A DNA stretch of 63,941 bases, counting the filler, from Octopus bimaculoides (lineage: Eukaryota), in NCBI RefSeq assembly GCF_001194135.2. It is 5 parts of 4 records of this genome, joined end to end, with 100 filler letters (N's around TTAATTAATTAA, not from the genome) between each part and the next. Parts side by side here need not be neighbours in the genome. Positions count along the whole stretch, not along the records: positions 1 to 26,521 come from NC_069000.1; positions 26,622 to 46,021 come from NC_068984.1; 3 more parts are not named here. One strand, written 5' to 3'. A program made the translations under genes and the position numbers. Positions 24,395 to 36,951 of the stretch are shown piece after piece. The first letter of the stretch is position 1; each line of letters opens with the position of its first letter. The notes beneath the pieces are model-generated. The model was not told where the DNA came from. It saw nothing but the letters and a program-made list of their open reading frames with translations, and made no database searches.

Positions 24395-24927
24395 TATGAG
24401 TTATAATATGAGCTTTTATATATTAAATAAAATTCAAAGCTTTTACTCAATTTAATTTCAATGTTACTAAGAATATAAACAAATAATTGAAAACCCCTGC
24501 ATATATTCCAACCCTACACAATTACTCTCCCACTGCATATATTTTCACCAAACTCTTGTTTTTTAGCATCTCAGATACTTTGGGGCCAAAGGACATAATG
24601 CTAGATAAATCCCTTACTCATTCACCTCCTACAAGTTTGTCTCATCTGTTTTCATAACATCTACAAATTGGACGAGATATTTTTCACCTCCAATAACAGT
24701 GAGCAGTCACCATAGTTTGTCCATATCTATCATCTCTGAAGAGCATGTGGTATTACTTAACTATGCTGTTATCTAATAACTAGTTACTTAATACCTAATG
24801 CAAAACCAATTGATAAGATCAGCTGAAATGCTGCATCCTTTGATTAATATATATATGTGTGTACATGTATATGTATCTATCTATAACTCTGGGTGTGTGT
24901 GTATGTGTGTGCGTTTGTATATGTTCA

Positions 24928-25188
24928 TGTGTATAGATATATTTAATTATGTATGTTTGTTTCTGCATCATCCCACACACATATACTCACACCATATTCT
25001 ATAACTATAGAGCAGTTTATATGATGCTCGTGTCCAAAGTGCAATGCTGCATAGTAGTGAAACAATAACTTTAAAAGCAGAAAATGTGTAAATGCTGGAA
25101 AGTTAAGAGCTGAGCATGGTCTACCAAGTGTGTAATATTAGCATGCAAGAATGAAGGACTAAAAATGATATGACAGTAGAAGTGGATT
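24928..25188. repeat. Diverged direct copy of 23327-23583
   Basis: Collinear match over ~260 bp (atttaattatgtatgtttgtt, ctatagagcagtttatatgatgct, ggactaaaaatga). Confidence 0.85.
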
Positions 25189-25189
25189 C

Positions 25190-25470
25190 AAGAGAAATCA
25201 GACGTAGATCACAGGACAGAAACCTCAGCTGGTGTGGGCAAGAAGTGTGCATGGTGGATGACAGTTTGGTAAAGGTGTATCAAGCAGCCTAAATGGAACG
25301 AACCTGTAGAAGACAAAGATCAAGGGAGTGTTGAAGAGAAGTGTTGAAGAAATGATATCAAGAGGCTGGGCTTCACAAGAGAGGTACTGAGTGACTGTAG
25401 CAAGTGCCAAGATGCTGTGTGGTAAAAGGACTTGCTCAACCAATGCAAGCATCGGTAAATAAAGATGATG
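25190..25470 (+). mobile_element. RTE-clade LINE 3' end with (GAT)n tail
   Basis: Degenerate RRRSQDRNLSW...LKNDIKRLGF, then caaccaatgcaagcatcgg...(gat)n, matching the tail of family D. Confidence 0.65.
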
Positions 25471-26471
25471 ATGATGAAGACGACGTCGACGATGATGATG
25501 ATGATGATAATGATGATGACAACTGTTATGTCTCAAGCTACTACTATCTAGCACCTTTGGATGATCTCTACTCAACCGCTACACAACTGCTACTCGCCTG
25601 CTACTCAGCTGCTACTCAACACTCCTACCACGGCCAGACTACTTCTATTTATATGTCTTGGGAGATCCTACTTCTTCGACTGGGGGCGTTGACACAACAA
25701 CAACAATGATGACGACAACAATGACAATGATAGTGATGTTGATGCACACACACACACCAGTATGCAACTGGATGAATGAGTCTTCAACACCAGGAGTTGG
25801 ATAAACTGCGCTTTTTCATAAAGTTTTGTTATTTTTCTGGAACCAAAGGTTTCCTGCTGACACTCCTACAGGTGTTAATGTCAGAGTATCATATATATAC
25901 ACATACATGCACATATACATTTACATTCATAAAGGCACGTATACATCTATTTATATATTCTCTTCCTTTCTATCAAATGTACACAGATTATTCCCTTTCA
26001 TGTAAACCACTCACATACGTATACATATACATTCCTTCCCTCTCTGTCAAATACACACACGTACATGCATTTATATATTTCCCACCCCACTCTCTCTTTA
26101 TCAAGCACATTTATGCGTACAACAAACACACTCATGTACATTCAGATATATTCTCTTCCTGTCCTTCTTTGTGAAACACAAGCACACAAACACACACATG
26201 CAAACACACAGGTGCATACACACACACACATGTGCAGACACACACACATGCACGCACACACAAATACACATACATGCACACACACACGCATGCATGTGCA
26301 CACATACACTCATGAAGTGGTAAACAAGAAAATTGTAAATGGACTTCTACAGAATATTGAAATTACAATAAAATGTTTGTAGAGATGAGATTAAGGGATG
26401 AATTTAATATATATTGAGTGGAATATTGAACAGTACAACACTGACATCAATATATATGCATAAAATATACT

Positions 26472-26503
<32 letters not shown>

Positions 26504-27034
26504 TATCATCATCATCATCATNNNNNNNNNNNNNNNNNNNNNNNNNNNNNNNNNNNNNNNNNNNNTTAATTAATTAANNNNNNNNNNNNNNNNNNNNNNN
26601 NNNNNNNNNNNNNNNNNNNNNACACAGCGATATATATTTGAGAGAGCTGGCTACAATCGTTTTGTGACCAGTAAACTGTTGTTTATTTCATCTACTGTGG
26701 AAAGGTGGAAAAAAATATGAAGTCGACCCAAAACACCATCTGAAGAAATATGAGATTAGAAAGTTAAGGGACATCACCACATTCATTAACTCTTTGCCTT
26801 TCCAAAACATTTTCATAATTTTGTCCTAAATGTCCATGTTTGTTTTTAGACTTTTAGTTTGCATCTGTTTCATACGTTTTCAGTAATATAAAGCTCTCCT
26901 TTCGTAAGTCCCAAATCATTTTGTTGAGTGCAAAATATAAGATCACAAAGGGACGTCTGACTAAACTATATCTGATGTTTTTGGTGGTATCCTCACATCT
27001 ATCGTTCCTTTCAGACCAGACAAACATAACGATA

Positions 27035-27478
27035 CTAATAATCCTTTCTAATAGCGGTACAAGGCCTGAAATTTGAGGGGAGCAGTCTAGTCGACCCCAG
27101 CGCTTAACTAATACTAATTTAATCGACTCTGAAAGGATGAAAAGCAAAGTCAACCTCGGTAGAATTTGAACTCAGAGCATAAAGATGAACGAAATTACGC
27201 CAAACATTTTGTCCAGCGTGCTAACGATTCTGTCAGCTAGACGCCAATAATAGCAATAATAATATTCCTTTCTACTATAGGCATAAAACCTGGAATTTGG
27301 GGGGAGTGGGATAGTCGATTACATCGACCCAATTACTCAACTTGTACTTATTTTATCGACCTCGAAAGGATGAAAGGCAATGTCGACCTCGGCGGAATTT
27401 GAACTCAGAACGTAAAGACGGGCGAAATACCGCTAACCATTTTGCCTGGCTGCTAACGATTCTGCAAGCACGCCGCCA
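27035..27478 (-). mobile_element. Two tandem SINE family B copies
   Basis: Cores near 27130 and 27365; the second retains essentially all CpGs. Confidence 0.9.
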
Positions 27479-27514
27479 ATAATAATAATAATAATAATGA
27501 TAGTAATAATAATA

Positions 27515-27870
27515 ATTGCAAGATTTGATTTTGTGAGATTTCTTTGTGGAGACTGACCATATAGATAATGCAAGGAGATGACATATAATCGTAGAGAACA
27601 ATAAAGAGAAGAAAACAGTGTAAGATTATAGACATTGCAATACCATACGATAATAGCATGGAACTGAGAAATATTGGGACCTAACCAAAGTGAGGAAGAT
27701 TTGTAGAACACGAAGGTAACAGTTGTTCCAGCGGTATTGTTGCACGTAACATAACAGCTAATAGGCCACCTAAGAGAATGAAGGACATTGAAATTGAGAC
27801 TCGCGATATCGACCTGCAGAAAATCCCATCCTGTGTTCTGCAAGAAAGATTCTTGCCATTTGAGGAGACT
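27515..27870 (+). mobile_element. R4/Dong-like RLE domain 3' fragment
   Basis: Frameshifted DF..ETDH...DIIV.NKEK..IIDIAIPYD...EKY.DL...KVTVVP...DLQK; preceded by (TAA)n. Confidence 0.7.
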
Positions 27871-27924
27871 TGTTTTTAACAAATCTACAGATAGTATTTC
27901 TACTAATTACAGTCGAATTTTAAG

Positions 27925-28068
27925 TGTTCGACTAGTATTTTATTTTCCCGTCACTGAAAAGACGAAAGGCAAAGTTAACTTCCGGGGCAGAATTTGAACT
28001 CAAACTGTAAACTCCCAGAATGAATGGTACAAAGCATTTTGACTGACATGCTATTATTTCTGCCAACC
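27925..28068 (-). mobile_element. SINE family B (diverged)
   Basis: gacgaaaggcaaagttaac...agaatttgaactc...gctattatttctgccaac. Confidence 0.7.
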
Positions 28069-28129
28069 CATCAATTCAACCCATCCCAATAAATGAAATA
28101 AAAAGCAAGTAAACGAAACGAAAACTTAC

Positions 28130-28220
28130 CTGTCGTTGAGGATGGCAAGCAAGTATTAAATTTGAATATAAAAGCAGTTCCAACCAGACGGACACCCAGG
28201 TGTGCTGTGTACAGTAATAT
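28130..28220 (-). other. Candidate exon (91 nt)
   Basis: Acceptor ttttaacattgtgccccgtgtcag| and consensus donor CAG|gtaagt; two frames open; non-repetitive sequence. Confidence 0.4.
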
Positions 28221-29438
28221 CTGACACGGGGCACAATGTTAAAATTATTTAGCATTTTTTGTCCCGTATAATAACAACTTATAAAGCTGTTTCTTTATAT
28301 TTCTCTTTTGTCTTTTTAAATGACAAAAATAAAAAACATGAAGGCAGCTGTGATCGATGGAAATGATGATGATGATGATGATAATAAAGTATTGTGGGAT
28401 ATAGTTATTTTGTTGTTACTGTTTTGGTCCTAGATTACCTTTGTTTAAACAGATCTATGATCAAAGCATTCCAACAATGACCACCTTCACCTTGTTTAGA
28501 AATATATCCAGGACTACATTATCCAATGACCCTCTCTAGGTTTCGATCTTAAGAAAATTTGGATTGTTGTTAATGTTTTTTGTGCTGCTGCTGATGATGA
28601 TGATGCTGATGAGAATAGGGTGGGGGTGATATTGGCATTAAGGGACACGGACTGAAATTGGTATTGTGGATCCACAACCATATGTGTGAGCGTATGTATA
28701 GGTGCTTGTTTGTATGTGTGTGTGTGTATATGTGTGTGTGTGTATTTGTGTGCGCGCGCGCGTGTGTGTGGGCCCGTGTGTGCTAGACGTGTTGCTTCTG
28801 AGAGTATTTTTGAAATAAATAATAACAACAATAATAATATTGATAATGACAATAATAACCACGGTGTCAGTAATCTTCAGAACTTAAACAAATAGATTTA
28901 ATTAATTAAATAATTAATTAATTAATTAATATAAATATCAGCAATTAATTAAATAAAGTGATAATCACAGAGTAGAGAAAAGACCCAAACAAGCAACGTT
29001 TAAGTTTTATCTTTCTAGTGATATATGTATATGTATATATGCATTTATAGATATATTTTCATTTGTGTGTATAATTTTGTGTGTGCATGTATGCATATCA
29101 GTGCCTGAAATCCATTATAGTACAATACTGCATTCCGTAAAATCCTCATACATTGTTCATACATTGTACTACGTGCATTGGTGCACCACCGAGAGTAACA
29201 GAAAGCATAGATGCATCACTTGCATACGCCAGTATGTGTTTAAATATGACACTCTGTGTGTGTGTGCGCGCGCGTTTGTGTGTGCGCATGTATGCGTGTG
29301 GATGTGGTGATGCAGTAGTTAAGATGAGGAAATTTGGGGGAAGGGGCAAGTGCTAAACTATATAAGTTGATGTTGCAGTGTAAACTCTGGATGCGTGGTG
29401 TGTGTTACCTGTATGAATATGTCTGCTTGTGTGAATCC

Positions 29439-29489
<51 letters not shown>

Positions 29490-29532
29490 AATCAATTAAT
29501 CTATCTATTTATCTATCTATCTACCTATCTAC

Positions 29533-29570
<38 letters not shown>

Positions 29571-31386
29571 GTATATATATATATATATATATAAATTATG
29601 GATATATGTTTATGTGTTTGCATGTGTGTGCGTGTGTGTGTGTGTGTGTGTGTAGATCGTGTGGAGATAGGAGAGGTTTTTGTATAATAATGTTCGGTCA
29701 GAGTGTGTGGTACTTGTATGAGTGTGTCTGGTAAGAGAGCATGTGCATGTGACTATGTGCATGTTCATGCGTATACGTGTACATAAGTGTGTGCATGCGT
29801 GTATGTCTGCATATGTGTACGCGTATGTGCATGCGGGTGTGCATGGAAGTGTAAGTCTGTGTATGTGTATGTGGAGGTGGTTTGAGCGTGTCTGGTTGGG
29901 AAGAGGTGCGTGAAATTTAATACAACGGTGTTCGGTCTAGGTGTGCATGCGTGCATGTTGATGCCAGCGTATTCTAATGTACACATGCACAGACATGTGT
30001 GTGTGACTGCGTGAGAGCGTGTGCATGAGAGAAAGCACATGACATTGAGCGTATGCTAAGGTGTAATATTATCAAAGCGTGCATGTGCTTATGTTCATGT
30101 GAGTGTAGGCACGCTGTGTTACTCTATGTGTGTGAGATAGGACTACATTATCCAATTACCCTTTCTTAAAGGGAGAGACAGACAGACAGACAAACAGACA
30201 GAAAAAGAGAGAGAAAGATTATTGTGTATATGAGTATGTATGTGCATGTTATACGTTTGCGCATACATGATTCTGTATGCGTGTATGCATTGTTGTATGC
30301 ATGCGTGTATGCATGCGAGTATGCATTGTTGTGCATCTGCACGAGTTCATTCTAGTTCGTGTATATCATATACATACATACATACATACATGCATGCATA
30401 AATATAAGCGTGTATGCATACATACGCTCATATAGATAGGTATATGCATGTTTGTGTTTGTGTATATACGTACGTACGACTGAATGAAAACAGTAATGAA
30501 TGAATGAATGAATGAATGAATGAAGACGCATGCGCACTTTTCAGTGAGTAATCTACATTTGTAAACAACTACTGAGGAAAAAAGAAAAAAAAAAACATAT
30601 CCGACTCTTCTATCTCCACCGCCACCGCCACAGCCACCGCCACCAACACCACCACCACCACCACNNNNNNNNNNNNNNNNNNNNNNNNNNNNNNNNNNNN
30701 NNNNNNNNNNNNNNNNNNNNNNNNNNNNNNNNNNNNNNNNNNNNNNNNNNNNNNNNNNNNNNNNNNNNNNNNNNNNNNNNNNNNNNNNNNNNNNNNNNNN
30801 NNNNNNNNNNNNNNNNNNNNNNNNNNNNNNNNNNNNNNNNNNNNNNNNNNNNNNNNNNNNNNNNNNNNNNNNNNNNNNNNNNNNNNNNNNNNNNNNNNNN
30901 NNNNNNNNNNNNNNNNNNNNNNNNNNNNNNNNNNNNNNNNNNNNNNNNNNNNNNNNNNNNNNNNNNNNNNNNNNNNNNNNNNNNNNNNNNNNNNNNNNNN
31001 NNNNNNNNNNNNNNNNNNNNNNNNNNNNNNNNNNNNNNNNNNNNNNNNNNNNNNNNNNNNNNNNNNNNNNNNNNNNNNNNNNNNNNNNNNNNNNNNNNNN
31101 NNNNNNNNNNNNNNNNNNNNNNNNNNNNNNNNNNNNNNNNNNNNNNNNNNNNNNNNNNNNNNNNNNNNNNNNNNNNNNNNNNNNNNNNNNNNNNNNNNNN
31201 NNNNNNNNNNNNNNNNNNNNNNNNNNNNNNNNNNNNNNNNNNNNNNNNNNNNNNNNNNNNNNNNNNNNNNNNNNNNNNNNNNNNNNNNNNNNNNNNNNNN
31301 NNNNNNNNNNNNNNNNNNNNNNNNNNNNNNNNNNNNNNNNNNNGGATGTGTTTAGATGAGTCATGCTGTGGCAATAATGCTAATAA

Positions 31387-31420
<34 letters not shown>

Positions 31421-31740
31421 GGTGGTGGTGGTGGTGTTGGTGGTGGTAGTGGTGGTGGTGGTGGTAGTGATGACGATGATGATGACGATGATGACAATGA
31501 TGACGATGACAATGACGGTGATGATGATGATGATGATGATGATGATGACGGCAGTGGCAACAACGACGACGATGGCGATAGTGGAGATGATGATGATGAT
31601 AATGTTGATAATGATGATAATGGCGATCAGAAGGAGAAGAATGTCATTGCTGTTTACCCACCCCCACTCAGACCCGACAGAGTGGGCCAATGACGAAGAA
31701 AAGACCAAAAGTGATCATTCCGGTATTTTAGCAAAGCAAT

Positions 31741-32389
31741 ATATTCTTTTACTACTCTAGGCACAAGGCCCGAAATTTGGCGGGAGAGGACCAGTCGATT
31801 AGATCGAGCACAGTATGCAACTGGTACTTAATTTATCGACCCCGAAAGGATAAAAGTTAAGTCGACCTTAGCGGAATTTGAACTCAGAACGTAAAGACAG
31901 ACGAAATACAGCCAAGCATTTCGCCCGGCGAGCTAACGTTTCTTATTTCTTTATTGCCCACAAGGGGCTAAACATAGAGGGTACAAACAAGGACAGACAA
32001 AGGGATTAAGTCGATTACATCGACCAGTGTGTAACTGGTATTTAATTTATCGACCCCGAAAGGATGAAAGACAAAGTCGATCTCGGTGTAATTTGAACTC
32101 AGAACGCAAAGACAGACGAAATACTGCTAAGCATTTTGCCAGGCGTGCTAACGTTTCTTATTTCTTCATTGCCCACAAGGGGCTAAACATAGAGGGGACA
32201 ATCAAGGACAAAGAAAGGGAATAAGTCGATTACATCGACCTCAGTGTGTAACTGGTACTTATTTAATCGACCCCGAAAGGATAAAAGTAAAGTCGACCTC
32301 GGCGGAATTTGAACTCAGAACGTAAAGACAAACGAAATACCGCTAAGCATTTCGCCTGGCGAGCTAACGTTTCTGCCAGCTCGTCGCCT
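31741..32389 (-). mobile_element. Head-to-tail array of three family B/B2 SINEs
   Basis: Units 31741-31942, 31943-32157 and 32158-32389, with identical junctions gctaacgtttc|ttatttc. Confidence 0.95.
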
Positions 32390-33291
32390 AGCAAAGGCAT
32401 ATATTGGACAAGATAATTCAATGTGCCTTTTTCGTAAGAGAGTAAGGGGTGAATTGAGGGAGATTTGGTTTCTATGTTTCGAAGGTTGATTAACGAATAT
32501 GTACATTCCCTCATTAGCTAGTACTGCCGATGTCGATAAAAGTAGGAGAGGCAACTAGCCTCTCTTTGGGATGTGTGTGCGTGCATGAGTGAATATGTAT
32601 ATGCGTGTGTATATAAGTATGAATACATGTATTTATAGATGTACATATACGTAAATATGTGTGCGTGTATATATATATATAGGTATGTATGTATGTATGT
32701 ATGTATGTATATGTACATACATTCACACAAACATACGTAAGTCAGAGGAAAAGGAAAGAAAGAAAGAAAGAAAGAAAGAAATAAAGAAAGAAAGAAAGAA
32801 AGAACGAAAGAAAGAAAGAAAGAAAGCTTTGCTGAAGATGAAAAAAAATTTCACAATTCATTACTCTGAGTTTCGGACGGAAGTCTAATCAGACAGAACG
32901 TGATCACAGTTTCAAGAACAATAGAATCTGTTTGATAAGACGATGGATCGTTGGCGAAAATAATACAATTAAGTTAATTAAAATAGATTAAAACAAAGCA
33001 ATGTATCATAATACAGAAAGATTGATAGACAATATAACACCAACCAAGACAAAAATACCAAGCAAACAACATTTTACAGTTCAGGAAACACAGATGAGGG
33101 AAAATCTCACTTTATAAAACATTTCGTTTTTATCAGTGTTGATGGGAGATAATTAGTCCAAACCATGAGGCAGAGTTCTTGGCTAGTATTTTTCATGAAA
33201 GGTAAGGTTGGCCACGGCGGAAACTGAACCCAGAATGTCGAGAGCCGTAAAAAATTTAACTTGATAATCATAGTCTTATTTTCGCCAAGAT

Positions 33292-34246
33292 AAGATGGCG
33301 AGCTGGCAGAATAACACGCCGGGCAAAATGCTTAACCGTATTTCGTCCGTCTTTTCGTTCTGAGTTCAAATTCCGCTGAAGTCGTTTCGGGATCGATAAA
33401 TAAAGTACCGATCAGGCACGAGGATGATGATGATGGTAATGATGACGACTTACCATTCTCCCAAAATTCCAGACGTTATGCCTATAATACAAAAGGATTA
33501 TTTCCGTCAAGGGGAATCGTCTAATGAACCAAGTTCCTTCATTTTTGCGACTGTGATTACCTTCAATCAAGTTATCATTGAATGTTTATTTATTTATTTG
33601 CTTCTCTATTTATTTATTTATTTTGACCACTGGTTCTCTCTTCCATATTTAAAAAGTGTAAGACGGTGAGGTGGGAAAATCGTTACAGCGGTGTCTTTAC
33701 GTTCTGAGTTCAAATTCTGCAGAAGTAGATTTTGCCTTTTATCCTTTTAGGGTCGATAAAATAAATTCCAGTTGAACACTAGGGTCAATATAATTAACTT
33801 GCCCACTCCTCTGCAATTACTGGCCTTGTGCCACTATTTGAAACCAATATTTAAATACCGTAAGGCAGCGAGCAGCAGAATCGGTAGAACGCCGGGCAAA
33901 ATTGCATTTCATCCTTTTGAGGTCGATAAAATAAGTACCAGTTGTGTACTAGGAGCAATATGATTCCACTAAATTTTGGGCCTTGTGCCTTTAGTAGAAA
34001 GCATTTTTATTATTATTATTATCGTTATTATAAAGGCGACGAGCTGGTAGAATCGTTAGCACGCCGAGCAAAATGCTTAGCGGCATTTCGTCTGTCTCTA
34101 CATTCCGAGTGCAAATTCTCCCGAGATCGACTTTGCTTTTTATCCTTTCGGAACCCATAAATTAAGTACCAGTGAAACATTGAGGTCGATGTAATCGAGA
34201 AGTCACCTCCCCCAAAATTTCAGGCCTTGTACCTATATTAAGAAGG

Positions 34247-34250
<4 letters not shown>
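33292..34250 (+). mobile_element. Four SINE family B copies or fragments
   Basis: Heads or cores near 33292, 33685, 33862 and 34032 (aggcgacgagctggtagaatcgttagcacgccg). Confidence 0.85.
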
Positions 34251-34293
<43 letters not shown>

Positions 34294-35007
34294 TANNNNN
34301 NNNNNNNNNNNNNNNNNNNNNNNNNNNNNNNNNNNNNNNNNNNNNNNNNNNNNNNNNNNNNNNNNNNNNNNNNNNNNNNNNNNNNNNNNNNNNNNNNNNN
34401 NNNNNNNNNNNNNNNNNNNNNNNNNNNNNNNNNNNNNNNNNNNNNNNNNNNNNNNNNNNNNNNNNNNNNNNNNNNNNNNNNNNNNNNNNNNNNNNNNNNN
34501 NNNNNNNNNNNNNNNNNNNNNNNNNNNNNNNNNNNNNNNNNNNNNNNNNNNNNNNNNNNNNNNNNNNNNNNNNNNNNNNNNNNNNNNNNNNNNNNNNNNN
34601 NNNNNNNNNNNNNNNNNNNNNNNNNNNNNNNNNNNNNNNNNNNNNNNNNNNNNNNNNNNNNNNNNNNNNNNNNNNNNNNNNNNNNNNNNNNNNNNNNNNN
34701 NNNNNNNNNNNNNNNNNNNNNNNNNNNNNNNNNNNNNNNNNNNNNNNNNNNNNNNNNNNNNNNNNNNNNNNNNNNNNNNNNNNNNNNNNNNNNNNNNNNN
34801 NNNNNNNNNNNNNNNNNNNNNNNNNNNNNNNNNNNNNNNNNNNNNNNNNNNNNNNNNNNNNNNNNNNNNNNNNNNNNNNNNNNNNNNNNNNNNNNNNNNN
34901 NNNNNNNNNNNNNNNNNNNNNNNNNNNNNNNNNNNNNNNNNNNNNNNNNNNNNNNNNNNNNNNNNNNNNNNNNNNNNNNNNNNNNNNNNNNNNNNNNNNN
35001 NNNNNNN

Positions 35008-35290
35008 AAGTACCAGTTACACACTGGGGTCGATGTAATCGACTTAATCCGTTCGTCTGTTCTTGTTTGTTCCCTCTATGTTTAGCCCCTTGTGGGCAAT
35101 AACGAAATAGGCATTTCGTCTGCCGTTATGTTCTGAGTTCAAATTCCTTTCGGGGTCGATTAAATAAGTACCAGTTACGCACTGGCGTCGATGTAATCGA
35201 CTTAATCTGTTTGTCTGTCCTTGTTTGTCCCCTCTATGTTTAGCCCCTTGTGGGCAATAAAGAAATAAGAATCGTTAGCATGCCGGACAA
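35008..35290 (+). mobile_element. Two tandem B2 SINEs plus a headless B head
   Basis: Variant tail occurs twice; junction aaagaaataa|gaatcgttagc at 35268/35269. Confidence 0.9.
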
Positions 35291-35841
35291 ATAGTTGGGT
35301 ATTCCATATACTTTGGCATCTTTCTAACACGACCTGTGACAAGACTGACCCCGTAAATTAGCGACACAGTCTTCAAGACATTTTCCGTTTATCTAAATTC
35401 ACTTCCATGGCTTGGACAGAATACGGTTGTGGCTGAAGACACTTGAATAAGGAGCTGCACAGTAGAGTGGAACTCAGATCTTTGAATTGCCATAAGGCTA
35501 CGTGTCACATTTAGCCATACTAGTACCCATGGCTTAGTCTATATACAATAATAAATTTGATAACGATGTTGAGAAAGAAGAGAAGGAGGACAATAGTGGT
35601 GGTGGTGGCTGTAGCGATGGTAGTGGTAGTTGTGGCAGAGGTGGGTGTAGTAATAGTAGCGGTAGTTGAGAAGGAAAATGGCGGTTGTGGTGGTGGCAGC
35701 AATGGAGTTGATGATGGTAGTAGTAGTAGTAGTCATTGCTACAGCGGCGGTGGTGGTGAGGAAATATTATATCTGGGAATGGGAATAGTCGTTGTTGTAG
35801 TAACAATGTTAGTGGAAAAAAATTGTTGGCAATGACGATGA

Positions 35842-35875
<34 letters not shown>

Positions 35876-36369
35876 GGTTTTGGTGGTGGTGGTGGTTGTG
35901 GTAAGGATTTTGACGAGTTTGTGCAATGTTGGTGATGGTGTGAGGATCATATGTATGTCATGATTGAATCGAACAACAACTTCAATGACGTCAAGACGAA
36001 CAAGAACATCACCAAGAATAAATAAATACATTAAAACGCAGAATTAAAAAAGCTTTGAAAAACAAGATGGCCGAAAAAGACAGAGAAACTGAAGCTGTAC
36101 AATTAAATGAAATATTATATAGTTTAACCTAGGTTTGAACTGCAAATAACTTTTTTTACATATTAAACAAAGAGAAACGTGCATAATTGGAAAAAAAAAA
36201 CAAACTAAAAGCGTAGTGTGATATATGTTGACGGATAACAATAAATTTAATTAAATTATGGATTTTAACGATTGGAAATTAAGCTACAAAGTAAACAAAT
36301 GACCTGAGTGGAGTGGATGAAGTGTCACCATTTTAATCTTTAAATAACAAGGAGAATTTTGCTATTTAC

Positions 36370-36643
36370 TCGAATCGAATGTCAAATCGAAACGTATAAG
36401 CTGCATACGAACTGCACATGCTGTTATTCTGAAACAGTTTCGAAATACGATACGTGTTGGTATAAAGATGCTGATTCGGAAGCTGGAGTCCACTGAGGTC
36501 ATGTAGTATAATGATAATTTCACCGATAGAGTTGTGTTCCTCTGGGTGTTCATATTTGCATTCTTTTTCTTTTTCTTGTGTTTTCATTATATCAGCATAA
36601 CGTTTAGAGTTGTTGAAAACTGGAGTTTTGCTTTCAAGAAATT
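36370..36643 (-). other. Candidate coding exon, product unknown (weak CRAL-TRIO/Sec14-like segment)
   Basis: Long pyrimidine tract ending tttcaag|, open frame FLESK...GEIIIILHDLSGLQL...SKLFQ, possible donors at 36408 (gtatgc) or 36369 (gtaaat). Confidence 0.35.
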
Positions 36644-36826
36644 CTTGAAATAAAAACAAGTGGAAATGAAGAGAACAGTTCTCTTTCTCAGAGAATAAAA
36701 CTGAAAAGTTTTATACTGATAACGCTGTTAGCGGGGCACAGCTATGACATACACCTTGTCTTAGGCATTTTAAGCTTAGCGGAGCACATCTATCTCCTGG
36801 TCTTACCATAGACAAATTTGTTCTTG

Positions 36827-36951
36827 AAAGAAGAAGAAGAAGAAGAAGAAGAAGAAGAAGAAGAAGAAGAAGAAGAAGAAGAAGAAGAAGAAGAAGAAGA
36901 AGAAGAAGAAGAAGAAGAAGAAGAAGAAGAAGAAGAAGAAGAAGAAGAAGA
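36827..36951. repeat. (GAA)n microsatellite
   Basis: Directly visible. Confidence 0.95.

Noticed and set aside
26566-26577. TTAATTAATTAA islands inside gaps (also 46066-46077, 56472-56483, 62569-62580)
   Set aside because: Each is flanked by exactly 44 N on both sides (100 bp total) and gives stops in all six frames: an artificial scaffold spacer, not biology.
31741-32389. Regularly spaced repeats as a CRISPR-like array
   Set aside because: Units are ~200-230-bp SINE copies with no unique spacers, in eukaryotic DNA with no cas genes.
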